From the NCBI GenBank assembly GCA_964384105.1, contig CAYLJV010000001.1, positions 160,001-224,000 on the forward strand: DNA of 64,000 nucleotides. Direction: 5' to 3'. A program made the translations under genes and the position numbers. The notes under the pieces were generated by a model. The model was given only the letters and a program-made list of their open reading frames with translations. It ran no database searches and was not told the DNA's origin. The stretch comes from Candidatus Hadarchaeota archaeon. GTDB taxonomy: Archaea > Hadarchaeota > Hadarchaeia > Hadarchaeales > JAGGTB01. Below, piece after piece: positions 10,395 through 20,290 of the stretch (the stretch's first letter is position 1; every line of letters begins with the position of its first letter).

Positions 10395-11129
10395 TCAGTA
10401 TGACTGATTTTTGTTTTTTTCCGTCTTTTTGTGCCACTCACTTGGTTTCTGACTTCTTATGGTTTCTGGAAAGTCTCTAGTGCTTAGTTTTTCTTCCTCT
10501 GCTTCTAAGGATGATGTACTTTTGGGGGGTTCATTATTCCTTTTCAGATATAAAGCAACTTTTCCGATGAAATCTTTATTGATTATTTTTGGGGGATTTT
10601 CGATATTCATTACTGCTTCTTCTATCTTTTCATGATCGGGTATCTCTACGAGGTAGTCTAAGGCTTCTTCATCAGGATGGATGTTTTTTACATGAAAAAG
10701 TCTTTTTATAGTTTTTCTTAAACCAAAGGGAGTTTCTATACTACCTTCCTCTGGATTAAACAATATAACGCTGAATGGTTGCTCTTTTATCAATTTTTCT
10801 TCTTCCATTAACGTTTTTCTGTTATCTTTATTGTCCTCAAAAACTATGTATGGATTAAGATTTTCCGATTCTAGGTCTCGTTCCTTTGAATAAAATTTGG
10901 TTTCTATTTTTATCTGCTTAACTGCGTCCTCTATCTTTTCACTATCTCTCCAAAAATCGAATATGGCAACGTTGGAAGGATTCTCAACTACTAGGTCTAT
11001 GAATCCTAGGACTCCGTGGTAATAATAGGGCGACCAAACTTCGTAATTACCTTCGAATTTGAGACACTCTACGAAAGCTTTGATCAAATTTTTGTTCTTT
11101 TTCCGAGATTTTCTTCTAAGTGCTTGCAT
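10395..11129 (-). CDS. Hypothetical protein with a degenerate PD-(D/E)XK-like N-terminal domain
   Basis: GFIDLVV...AIFDFW...AVKQI pattern; 244-aa ORF. Confidence 0.55.
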   Translation of the reverse strand: MQALRRKSRKKNKNLIKAFVECLKFEGNYEVWSPYYYHGVLGFIDLVVENPSNVAIFDFWRDSEKIEDAVKQIKIETKFYSKERDLESENLNPYIVFEDNKDNRKTLMEEEKLIKEQPFSVILFNPEEGSIETPFGLRKTIKRLFHVKNIHPDEEALDYLVEIPDHEKIEEAVMNIENPPKIINKDFIGKVALYLKRNNEPPKSTSSLEAEEEKLSTRDFPETIRSQKPSEWHKKTEKNKNQSY

Positions 11130-11203
11130 CTTTCTTCAATAATAAATGTCTCATTCAAGTCGTAAAAAACTCTACCCTTGGAGGGTTTCTGATTAATCCT
11201 TGC

Positions 11204-11935
11204 TCAAATCTTTTCACAAAAATTGGATTTTTCTTTTTGGAACAGAAAGTTACGTACTTGTCTTTTAATTTCGGAGAATCCTTTGTTTTTATACAGGAAT
11301 AGGTGTATATACATTCCGAAAATACCGACCGTAGCTACTATTGACAGCCACAAGTTTTGATAGAATATAGATAAGAGATGAGGCGAAATATAAGATTCAA
11401 TCGGTCCTGCAATAAATATAAGAAGAAATCCTATCGAAGCAAGTGTGAGATAATCCTTCCAGAATGTTTTTGTGATTATTTCTTTGGTTACTGCTCCTTT
11501 TAATATGTAGAGGGAAAGGGCGGCTAGCAGGAAGAAACCTATACTTTCAGGTATTCTGTGAGCAAAAGTTCCACCTAAGAATCCGAAAAGATAATCTATT
11601 CCCCCAAATTGGTATTGATATGCGGATGCCCACGAGGAATTATATTCACTTATGAAAAGGAAATTCACACCCATGATGGGGATTAGGTGGTACGCACCGA
11701 GCTTCAGGTTGTTGCCCCAATAATATAGAGTTCTATCAAATTCATCTTTTCTCATTGTAGTATCTACTCTGTTTTCGTACTCCTCTGTCTCTTCCATGTT
11801 TGCAAATTGTTCTTGATTGAAATTTGTCGAATAGTGGATTAGACCGGTGAAATATATCGCTAGAGAAATCAGAATAACGAGGCCGATTAACCAAGAATTT
11901 CTTTTGAAAGATTTGATTATTTCAGTAATTTTCAT
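11204..11935 (-). CDS. Stage II sporulation protein M (SpoIIM/DUF95)-like membrane protein
   Basis: NNLK, HRIPESIG, IAGPIESYISP; several TM segments. Confidence 0.75.
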   Translation of the reverse strand: MKITEIIKSFKRNSWLIGLVILISLAIYFTGLIHYSTNFNQEQFANMEETEEYENRVDTTMRKDEFDRTLYYWGNNLKLGAYHLIPIMGVNFLFISEYNSSWASAYQYQFGGIDYLFGFLGGTFAHRIPESIGFFLLAALSLYILKGAVTKEIITKTFWKDYLTLASIGFLLIFIAGPIESYISPHLLSIFYQNLWLSIVATVGIFGMYIHLFLYKNKGFSEIKRQVRNFLFQKEKSNFCEKI

Positions 11936-12010
11936 TCCTTTTCCAGGTTTTCTAATTTTATTTCATAGATTTTTGGATAGGCTTTTTGTTCATTTATAGG
12001 CAATATGATT

Positions 12011-12598
12011 TCAATATTTTGGAGATACGTGGTCACTATTATTTATATAAAACCTATGTTTTCCATCTAGGTCTTCTTTAACTCCTATTCTGTGGGAAGA
12101 ATTAATTTCGATTTGGCATTCCTTCCTCGGTTTTTTTATATATATTTTCTCAGAGCTAGTTAGATCGGTCCCATGAAGACTTTTGGTTATTTTTAGAGCT
12201 TGAGTTAGCTTCCCCGGTCCAGATGCCAATTCTTTAAGCTTGTCTCTGCCTCTACGTTTTTTCATAATTTCAATACCTTCGATCGGTTCTAAAGCTCTTA
12301 TTAATACGGCTCCAGGGGTTCCCTTCTTCTCTGTGGTGATATTGAGGAGCCAGTTTCCGTGTACCATATATATGAGAGCTAGCCCCGGTTTTTCCCACAT
12401 CAGCTCATTTATCTTGTTCTTTTTCTTTGTTGCTCTTGAAGCCGGATCCTCTGGCCCATAGTAAGCTTCTGTTTCGACTATCTTTCCGCTTATTATGGTC
12501 TTTTCTGATCTTGATACCAGAGATTTCCCCAATAAATCTCGAGCAACTTTTCCTGTATCTTGATTATAAAAGCCCTTGGATAGTCTCATATTAATCAT
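12011..12598 (-). CDS. DNA-3-methyladenine glycosylase (AAG/MPG family)
   Basis: ARDLLGK, IVETEAYYGPEDPAS, AVLIRALEP, GPGKLTQAL, RIGV. Confidence 0.95.
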   Translation of the reverse strand: MINMRLSKGFYNQDTGKVARDLLGKSLVSRSEKTIISGKIVETEAYYGPEDPASRATKKKNKINELMWEKPGLALIYMVHGNWLLNITTEKKGTPGAVLIRALEPIEGIEIMKKRRGRDKLKELASGPGKLTQALKITKSLHGTDLTSSEKIYIKKPRKECQIEINSSHRIGVKEDLDGKHRFYINNSDHVSPKY

Positions 12599-12678
12599 AA
12601 GCCTCTGTGGGTGTGATTGATTAGAAATCTGGAAACAACGCTTAGTTGTTGGAAGTTTCTTGGAGTTTTCTAAATAAT

Positions 12679-13029
12679 CTATTCAGTTAAGTTTACAATA
12701 GCTTGGGCGATATCTCCATCTGTTTTCTCCAGAGCTTCTTTTGCTGTCTCTCTATCAACGTTTGTTTGTTCCATTACCATTTCGATATCTTCATCTGTTA
12801 TGTCCGTATCAGATTCAGTTTTCTGTTCTTCTGCTTCTCCTATAATCTGATATGTTTTCTGACCCTTCATTTCCGTGATTTGGACTTGTGGATTTGGAAT
12901 AACGAGCTTTTTATCTGATAGTTCTATGGTAACTCTCTGAACGTCTGTCATCTCTTCTGTTTTTACACCCATTTGCTTCATCAGTTTCTGGATTTTCTTT
13001 GGATCTAGTCCTCCTCTGCCAAACATCAA
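12679..13029 (-). CDS. nac: Nascent polypeptide-associated complex protein (aNAC)
   Basis: MKQMGV...VIPNPQV...GQKTYQI plus C-terminal UBA-like domain. Confidence 0.95.
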   Translation of the reverse strand: MMFGRGGLDPKKIQKLMKQMGVKTEEMTDVQRVTIELSDKKLVIPNPQVQITEMKGQKTYQIIGEAEEQKTESDTDITDEDIEMVMEQTNVDRETAKEALEKTDGDIAQAIVNLTE

Positions 13030-13084
13030 AACACCTCTTTAGTTCACATTTTATTTGGAAAGCTGAAATGTGTTTCCATGAATT

Positions 13085-14515
13085 TTAACGTTCCGATTTT
13101 AATGCCCCCACTGATTCCCAGAATTTTCTTCCAATGGCTCTGTTTATAGCTCCTCTTAACGCTTTTTTGTTTTCTTTTGATTCTTCAAAAGCATCGAGAG
13201 GGATTTTTGCACCCCCCATTGTGGGGTGTCCTCCGGCAGACCCTAGATTGCCGTAGATTTCTTTCATCAGTTTTCCTATATGCATTCTCACGTCGGTGGT
13301 TCTTCCCGATATGTATACTGAGTCTCCTTCTATACCATAAACTAAGGTTGTTAGTGCACCTTCTCTTCTGAGTAAATAATCTGCTGCTTGGGCTATTGAG
13401 TCTCGATCCTTTACCTCTCCCACATTGGAAATAAGGTATCCTCCTTTTACCCTGCTACTCCTTATCGCTTTTCTAATAACTTCGAGGGTGTCAGCGGAGA
13501 GCGGGGGGGAACGGAATTTCCTTAGAAGCTCATTGCTGGTTTTGGGCAATAAAAATTCGAGAGTTGAAAAATCTAAGTGGGTCCCACCTCTAGTGAAATT
13601 CATAGTGTCAGTAAGTATGGCGAATACAAGTGCAGTCGCTAGTGTTTCGTCAATTTCTATTTCCCCATATCTCAGATAGTTGGCAAGTATCGTGGCAGTT
13701 GCTCCTACTTTTATAATATCCTTGTATTCGGCTTCTGCCCTTTCAGAAACTGCTGAGTGATGATCGATTATTATCGTTGGGGGAATTTCGTTTGGGAGAG
13801 AGCAATTTCCGTGGGTAGAAACATCCACCATTGCGTAAGCCGCATAATCGTCAAAATTTACCTTTTCGGCTTCTATCATCTGGGCATTTAGGGAATTGAC
13901 CAAAGATCTGTTCTGTTGGTGTCCTATTCTGCCTCCGTAAATCAAATCGGATTCGATTCCAAGAGAATTTGCATATGTTTTGAGTGCCAGGCCCGAAGCG
14001 ATGCTATCGGGGTCGGGATTATCCTGCAATATTATACCCAGTTTTCCTTCTAGATTCTTAAAGAGGTTTCTTAGTTGTTTCTCTTTTATCCTGATCCGAA
14101 ATTCCTGAAATTTATCGTATATGTATTCCGCAAAAAGCTCGGAAGTTACTATAACTTCGTCAGCTCCCAGTTCTTTTATTTCCGGGGCTATTATGGAATC
14201 GGCTCCTCGGGCCACAACTATTGGATCTATTTCTAGATCAAGTTTCAACTGATTAATAGCTCCTAGTGACTTCTCGACAGTTTCTAGGTCCGGAGATAGT
14301 ATTAGGATTACTTCTACTTCCTCTATTCCAGCTTCCTTCAAATCTTCTGAACTCGTAAAATCCCCTAGGTGAGCGTCAAAATCCGCTTCTTTTAGTTGGT
14401 TTACTTTACTTTCGTTTTTTTCTATTATTCTAACGTCTTCTTCCTTTTCTTTAAGCTTATTAGCTATTGCAAATCCTAAATCCCCACAGCCGAATAGCAA
14501 ATACATAGTTACCAA
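13085..14515 (-). CDS. TrkA-N domain plus DHH/DHHA1 phosphoesterase
   Basis: GCGDLG Rossmann motif; NPDPDSIAS, IDHH, TDT, AGGH. Confidence 0.9.
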   Translation of the reverse strand: MVTMYLLFGCGDLGFAIANKLKEKEEDVRIIEKNESKVNQLKEADFDAHLGDFTSSEDLKEAGIEEVEVILILSPDLETVEKSLGAINQLKLDLEIDPIVVARGADSIIAPEIKELGADEVIVTSELFAEYIYDKFQEFRIRIKEKQLRNLFKNLEGKLGIILQDNPDPDSIASGLALKTYANSLGIESDLIYGGRIGHQQNRSLVNSLNAQMIEAEKVNFDDYAAYAMVDVSTHGNCSLPNEIPPTIIIDHHSAVSERAEAEYKDIIKVGATATILANYLRYGEIEIDETLATALVFAILTDTMNFTRGGTHLDFSTLEFLLPKTSNELLRKFRSPPLSADTLEVIRKAIRSSRVKGGYLISNVGEVKDRDSIAQAADYLLRREGALTTLVYGIEGDSVYISGRTTDVRMHIGKLMKEIYGNLGSAGGHPTMGGAKIPLDAFEESKENKKALRGAINRAIGRKFWESVGALKSER

Positions 14516-14699
14516 CTTACATTACTTTCTTACTCTCATTGTTTCCTAAATATGATTCGGAAAAGCCAAGAATGGTACTGTTTTTTTGAGGTTATCCAAG
14601 GTCGTATTTAAATCCATTTGTTTTTTCTTCTAAATTATTAACAATATTTATATAGAAGATGTTACATTTATTCAGAATTGCTCAAGGAGGGGGGATAAA

Positions 14700-14951
14700 A
14701 TGGAATTTTGTTCTGAGTGTGGTACAATTATGATGCCTAAACACAAGGATAATTCTGTTTGGCTTGTTTGTTCGAATTGTGGTCATTCCCAGGAGCTGAA
14801 ACAGGAGAATGATTATAAAATTGGTAGCCAGAGCAAAAAGGAAAAGAAACCTGAGGTAGCGGTTATAGAAAAAGAAACTAGGAAAAGGTACAGAGAGCCT
14901 AATTATGACCTTGATCTCGATCCTTACGCAGAAATTTACGATGATTATTAG
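14700..14951 (+). CDS. TFS/RpoM-like protein with N-terminal zinc ribbon only
   Basis: MEFCSECGTIMMP...CSNCG; no C-terminal zinc ribbon or RSADE hairpin. Confidence 0.8.
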   Translation: MEFCSECGTIMMPKHKDNSVWLVCSNCGHSQELKQENDYKIGSQSKKEKKPEVAVIEKETRKRYREPNYDLDLDPYAEIYDDY

Positions 14952-15760
14952 GGTTCTACTGTAGCTCCCGATAGAGCGTCTTTGCAAGGACACTTTCTTT
15001 CTTCAGAAATTTCTGGAATAGAGCTGAATATCAAGTTTTGAACTTTCTTTATGTTTTTGTCCATTATCTCTGCTACTTCCTTATGTGTTAGCTTATCGGC
15101 TGAGATACCTGCCGCATAGTTAGTTACTACGGAGATTGTGGAGTAGCACATTTCTAGCTCCCTTGCAAGGACACTTTCGGGAACGTTTGTCATTCCCACA
15201 ACATCAGCTTCCATCTTTTTCAGCATCTTGATTTCTGCTGCAGTTTCGAATCTGGGACCCTCAGTACAGGCATAAGTGCCTTTTTCTTCTATTGGGATCC
15301 CCCTCTTCTTACCTATTTCTATTAGAATTTTCCTAAGTTCGGGACAATATGGGTTTGTCATATCTACATGTACGACTTTTTCCCCATTACCTTCGTAGAA
15401 CGTTTTTTCTCGGTTTTTGGTAAAGTCTAGAAATTGATCTAAAATTATTAACTTGCCCGGTTCAAATTCTTTTCTTAGAGATCCCACAGCGGTAGTAGCT
15501 AGTATTCGTTCTATTCCGAGTTCTTTAAGGCTCCAAAGATTCGCTCTGAAATTTATCTTATGGGGTGGGGTAGTGTGCCCTTCACCATGTCTAGGCAGAA
15601 ATGCTAGTTTCTTCCCTTCGAATTCTCCTACAACTATGCCAGGGGATGTTCCATAGGGTGTTTCTATTCTTTTTTTCTCTGTTTTTTTAATGGAATTAAG
15701 AGAATACAAGCCTGATCCACCGATTATGGCTATTTTTGGATTCAAAATTTCACTCTCCAA
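14948..15760 (-). CDS. mtnP: S-methyl-5'-thioadenosine/purine nucleoside phosphorylase
   Basis: IIGGSG, LPRHG, PPHKINFRAN, EGPRFETAAE, VGMT, VTNYA. Confidence 0.92.
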   Translation of the reverse strand: MESEILNPKIAIIGGSGLYSLNSIKKTEKKRIETPYGTSPGIVVGEFEGKKLAFLPRHGEGHTTPPHKINFRANLWSLKELGIERILATTAVGSLRKEFEPGKLIILDQFLDFTKNREKTFYEGNGEKVVHVDMTNPYCPELRKILIEIGKKRGIPIEEKGTYACTEGPRFETAAEIKMLKKMEADVVGMTNVPESVLARELEMCYSTISVVTNYAAGISADKLTHKEVAEIMDKNIKKVQNLIFSSIPEISEERKCPCKDALSGATVEP

Positions 15761-16559
15761 ACCTTCGGTCTCTACCTTGATAGTTATAGATAGCTCTTAG
15801 GAAGTTAATCTTATCAAAATTAGGCCAATTTGCTTCACAAAAATACAATTCGCTATAGGCAGATTGCCATATTAAAAATCCACTAAGTCTTTCTTCTCCG
15901 CTGGTTCTTATTATTAGATCTGGGTCGGGTATATCGGCTGTATAGAGGTTTTCTTCTATTGTTTTTTCGTTAATGTCAGAAGGTTTGATTTTGCCTTTTT
16001 CGATTTTTTGACATATATTTCTTACAGCATCTACCAGTTCGGATCTTCCCCCATACCCTACGGCAATATTTAATGAAAAATTATCGTAGTTTTTAGTGGC
16101 TTCTTCGGCTTCTTCTATAGTGTCTCTTATGCATTTTGGTAAAGAGCTTAGGTCACCTATCGCTCTAACTTTGACTTTATTTCTGTGAATTCTATCGTCT
16201 TCAATGATTTCTTCAAATTTCTTTTTGAAAAGCTTCATTAGAGCTTTGATTTCCTCGGGAGGTCTTTTGTAGTTTTCATTGGACAGGGCGTAGACGGTCA
16301 TATGCTTTATCCCTAATTCTTGGGCCCAGTTTAAGACATCTTCAAGCTTTTTGGCTCCAAGTGCGTGACCCTTTTCTTTTGATAGACTTTTTTCTTCCGC
16401 AAATCTGCGGTTGCCGTCCAGGATTATCCCTATGTGCTGGGGTAAATGTTTTCTTTTTTTCACTCTGTTTAGAAGTCGGTTTTCGTAGTATTTTGATACG
16501 AGATTTCTAAGTTTTTTTATACCCGGTAGTTTTCCTATGGGGATTCCGTTCTGATTCAT
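15750..16559 (-). CDS. uppS: Polyprenyl diphosphate synthase (cis-prenyltransferase)
   Basis: HIGIILDGNRRFA, YALSNEN, YGGRSE, IRTSGEERLSGFLIWQ. Confidence 0.97.
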   Translation of the reverse strand: MNQNGIPIGKLPGIKKLRNLVSKYYENRLLNRVKKRKHLPQHIGIILDGNRRFAEEKSLSKEKGHALGAKKLEDVLNWAQELGIKHMTVYALSNENYKRPPEEIKALMKLFKKKFEEIIEDDRIHRNKVKVRAIGDLSSLPKCIRDTIEEAEEATKNYDNFSLNIAVGYGGRSELVDAVRNICQKIEKGKIKPSDINEKTIEENLYTADIPDPDLIIRTSGEERLSGFLIWQSAYSELYFCEANWPNFDKINFLRAIYNYQGRDRRFGE

Positions 16560-16713
16560 TTTATTCTCAAAAGAACCTTTAATGGCCGCACTCTTATGAA
16601 GATTACTTGAGTTTTTTAGAATTAGTAAAATGTTTTATTATTCAGAAAATGTATTTTATTAATCAGAGGCTGTGACCGGGGACTGAAAATAAAAAAACAG
16701 GACCGGGTCTAAG

Positions 16714-19035
16714 TTGGTACATGTAAGCAAGTTGGAAATGAGGGGCTTCAAGTCCTTTGGTCATAAAAAGGAGTCTTTGCCTCTCTCTTCTGGGTTAACG
16801 GCAATAGTAGGGCCTAATGGCAATGGAAAAAGCAATGTAGTGGATGCGCTTTCCTTCGTTTTGGGACAAAGAAGTGCAAAGACTCTGAGAGCTTCAGAGT
16901 TTTCTGCTTTAATTTATCACGGAAGTGAAGGCGAAAACGGTAGAAGGCCCGCGTCATCGGCTAAGGTAAAATTGTATATTAATGACGATAATAATTCTCT
17001 TTCTATTGACACAGATGAAGTGACTATTTCTCGAAAAGTTGACCGAGATGGAAAAAGTACCTATCGGATAAATGGTAATCGCTCTACTCTTCAGGAAATT
17101 CTTGATCTCATTTCAGGCACTTTGATCGGCTCAGAGGGTTATAACTTTGTTATGCAGGGCGATGTTGGCAGATTTATAAAAATGAGCTCTGAAGAGAGGA
17201 GGAAAATCATTGATGACTTGGCAGGCGTAGCAGAATTTGAGGAAAAGAAATCAAAGGCTCTTAACGAGCTTGAAAAAGTACAGACTAATTTACAGAGTCA
17301 AGAGGGAAGGATCGAAGAATTGGAGAAGAATATGAAGAGGTTAGAAAAGGAAAGGAAGGAAGCTATTGAATATAAAGAGTTAAAGAAAGAGGTAAAAGTC
17401 AAAAAGGCTTCTCTTGCAAAATTCGATGTTTTATCTTGCAAGAAAGAACTGGAGAGTATTGAAAAGGATATCAAAAAAAGAAATAAAGAACTAAAAAAGT
17501 TAGAAGAAGAAAGAAATAACATTAAAGAACGTCAAAAGGAACTTAAGGAAGAAAGAAAGAACCTAGATTCCAGAATTCAGGAAAAAAGACAGTCAGAAGT
17601 ATTAAACCGAGTGGAAAGAATCAATTCCAGAATAGAGACTTTAAAAGAGAGTTTAAGGGCAAGTGAAGAAAACTATAATGCACTTTCTGAAGAAATAGAG
17701 AAAGCAAAGAAGAAAGCCAAAGAGCTTGGTGAAAAAGTCGAAGAGGAATCCCCGCTTTCAGAAATAGAGGAATTCACTACTGATTTCCAAAACTTACATG
17801 AGAAGTTTGTGAGTTTAATTGATTTTATCAAAAATTATGATAAAGACTCAAAAGAATTTGAAGAATCTCTTTCTGAATTGAAAGGAGTCTTGGAATCACT
17901 CGATGATGTAATATCAAACTTAGAAGGACGTTTTAGGAAGGCTTTGGAGTCCCGAGAGAAGTTCATAAAGCTTGCTGAAGAAACGGATGATATCGAAAAA
18001 GCGGGTTCGGAATTTGAAAGGATTAAATCTCGCTTAGCTTCTATTAAGGGGAGACGTGAAGATGCGGAAAAAAGAATCAAGAGCTTGAAAGAAAAAATAA
18101 AGGAAAATGAGAGTTTATTAGAGGAGACTGAGAACGAAGCTGAGAAAATCAAGAATAAAATAAGCGAATTCGAGGAAAAACTTAGTAAATTGGATAAAGA
18201 GGACGATAAGCTAGGTAATAAATTCGAATCATTAGAGGAAAAGATAAGGAAAATAGAGAATAAGAAAAGCGATTTAAGGACAGAGAAGGCTTCTACGGAA
18301 GCAAAGTTGACCCAAGCTGAAGAGAATCTCAAGGAGTATGGGATTGGTGAGGTTGATATTTCTGATAAATCTCGGAAAAAATTAGAAAAAGATGTTAGTA
18401 AGATTGAAAAAAAGGTTGAGAATCTTAAACCTATTAATGAGAGGGCTATAGAGGCTTATGGGGAGGTTGAAGAAAGATATCAATCTCAAATGGAATATTA
18501 CAGTAAATTGGAAAAGGAAAAGCAAAAATTGATTGATTTTATGAAGGAAATAGATGAGAAAAAAACAGGGGTGTTCATGGAGACTTTTGAAGAGGTTTCA
18601 AAGAATTTCAGTGATATATTCAGTGAACTTTCACCTGGTGGTGAGGGGAGGCTGGTACTAGAGAATTCTGAGAGGCCATTGGATGGGGGATTGGATATAG
18701 AAGTTAAACCCAAAGGTAAAAAATTGGGTAACGTAGCTTCACTTTCGGGAGGGGAAAAAGCATTGACTGGTCTGGCGTTTATATTTGCTATTCAGAGAAC
18801 CAAACCTTCGGCTTTGTATGTCTTTGACGAACTTGATGCTCATCTTGATCCCGAAAATCAGAGGGGCGTGGCTAAGATGATTAAAAAATTCTCCAGCGAG
18901 TCACAGATAATCGTAGTCACACTTAGAGATTCGATGATGTCCGTTGCTGACAAGCTTTTTGGTGTTAATATGGATGAGGATAATATCTCTCATATAGTAT
19001 CTGTTGACTTAGAAGAATATGAGGGTGAAAATTAA
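16714..19035 (+). CDS. smc: SMC-family ATPase, short (773 aa), no recognisable hinge
   Basis: GFKSF, Walker A GPNGNGKSN, Q-loop MQG, PINERAI, LSGGEK, Walker B/D-loop FDELDAHLD; followed by scpA and scpB. Confidence 0.92.
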   Translation: MVHVSKLEMRGFKSFGHKKESLPLSSGLTAIVGPNGNGKSNVVDALSFVLGQRSAKTLRASEFSALIYHGSEGENGRRPASSAKVKLYINDDNNSLSIDTDEVTISRKVDRDGKSTYRINGNRSTLQEILDLISGTLIGSEGYNFVMQGDVGRFIKMSSEERRKIIDDLAGVAEFEEKKSKALNELEKVQTNLQSQEGRIEELEKNMKRLEKERKEAIEYKELKKEVKVKKASLAKFDVLSCKKELESIEKDIKKRNKELKKLEEERNNIKERQKELKEERKNLDSRIQEKRQSEVLNRVERINSRIETLKESLRASEENYNALSEEIEKAKKKAKELGEKVEEESPLSEIEEFTTDFQNLHEKFVSLIDFIKNYDKDSKEFEESLSELKGVLESLDDVISNLEGRFRKALESREKFIKLAEETDDIEKAGSEFERIKSRLASIKGRREDAEKRIKSLKEKIKENESLLEETENEAEKIKNKISEFEEKLSKLDKEDDKLGNKFESLEEKIRKIENKKSDLRTEKASTEAKLTQAEENLKEYGIGEVDISDKSRKKLEKDVSKIEKKVENLKPINERAIEAYGEVEERYQSQMEYYSKLEKEKQKLIDFMKEIDEKKTGVFMETFEEVSKNFSDIFSELSPGGEGRLVLENSERPLDGGLDIEVKPKGKKLGNVASLSGGEKALTGLAFIFAIQRTKPSALYVFDELDAHLDPENQRGVAKMIKKFSSESQIIVVTLRDSMMSVADKLFGVNMDEDNISHIVSVDLEEYEGEN

Positions 19036-19709
19036 TGCCAATAATATTTGATCAACCCTTTCAGATATTGTTGAATCTGGCTCGTGAGAAGAAGATAGAT
19101 CCATGGGATGTGGAGATAGACAAGTTAGCGGATTTATATGTGGAGAAAATTAGAGAGATGAAAAAATTAGATCTTAGAGTATCTGGTAGAGCTATTTTTT
19201 CGGCTTCGGTTCTTCTAAGAATGAAGGCTGATAGTTCGCCTGGCAATGGTCATTCTGAAGATGAAGATGAGATATTGGATGACCTCGACTTTGATATACC
19301 TGAGTTGGAACCGATTACTATAATAAACAGTAGTCATCAGAAGATAACTCTCTCGGACCTTGCTACTTCTCTTCAGGAAGTTATGGAAAAACCTTCCGAA
19401 AGTAAAAGTAAAAAGAGGAAGCGAACGACAGTGAAGAATATCATGAAGGAGCTGGACGAATATCAGATTCACATAGAGGATCATATAGAGGAGTTCCACG
19501 AAAAAGTTGCAATGCTGGCCTCAAACGGGGAAATGATAAACTTTACTCAATTATTACCCGAGAGAAATAAACTAGAGGTGGTCAGAAATCTACTACTTGC
19601 TCTATTTTTGAGCTCTCGTGGAAAGATATCTTTGCATCAGGAAGAGCACTTTGGGGATATTTATATCAGATTGGAAGAGCCACCGGAGGGGATGGAATAT
19701 GGGAATTAG
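19035..19709 (+). CDS. scpA: Kleisin ScpA
   Basis: KIDPWDVEI, DLRVSGRAI...LLRMKA, C-terminal LFL...I.L.QEEHFGDIYI. Confidence 0.92.
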   Translation: MPIIFDQPFQILLNLAREKKIDPWDVEIDKLADLYVEKIREMKKLDLRVSGRAIFSASVLLRMKADSSPGNGHSEDEDEILDDLDFDIPELEPITIINSSHQKITLSDLATSLQEVMEKPSESKSKKRKRTTVKNIMKELDEYQIHIEDHIEEFHEKVAMLASNGEMINFTQLLPERNKLEVVRNLLLALFLSSRGKISLHQEEHFGDIYIRLEEPPEGMEYGN

Positions 19710-20205
19710 TGATGATGTTTCTACGGTAGAAGCTGCTTTGTATGCTTCTGATAGGCCACTTTCATTGGATGAATTAAAGAAGACTGTTGGTACTTCCTCT
19801 GAGACCTATATTCGAAAATTGTTGGATAGATTGAGAGATAGATATGATCGAGATGGGTCACTCGAGCTTAAGGAGACTACAGAAGATATGTTTACGGTGC
19901 AACTTCGGGAAGAATTCATGCCTAAAGTAGAAGGTATAGTACCAAAAACCAAGCTCTCAAAAGGTGCTCTCAAGACACTTGCGGTAATAGCTTATAAGCA
20001 ACCTATTAAGCAGTCCGAACTGGCAGAGATAAGAGGAGGCCGTGTTTACAAATACGTAAGACGACTCCAGGAACTTGATTTTGTTGAGGCGAAGCCGCAC
20101 GGAAGAACAAAAGTTTTGAGAACATCTAAGAAATTTGCTGGTTACTTTGGCATGGAGGATCAGATGGATAAGATAAGGGAAAAACTTCAGCAGATGGTCA
20201 AATAG
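19699..20205 (+). CDS. scpB: SMC-Scp complex subunit ScpB
   Basis: VEAALYASDRPL, LKTLAVIAYKQPI, IRG, TSKKFAGYFG; start at ATG 19699. Confidence 0.95.
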   Translation: MGISDDVSTVEAALYASDRPLSLDELKKTVGTSSETYIRKLLDRLRDRYDRDGSLELKETTEDMFTVQLREEFMPKVEGIVPKTKLSKGALKTLAVIAYKQPIKQSELAEIRGGRVYKYVRRLQELDFVEAKPHGRTKVLRTSKKFAGYFGMEDQMDKIREKLQQMVK

Positions 20206-20290
20206 GAGTTCTATTCGAGTACTTTCGAATAGTTTTTAGAAAGGGGAGATTTTTTAATCTTTAAGTTTAAAGTGGACAGGTGGTGTTGTA

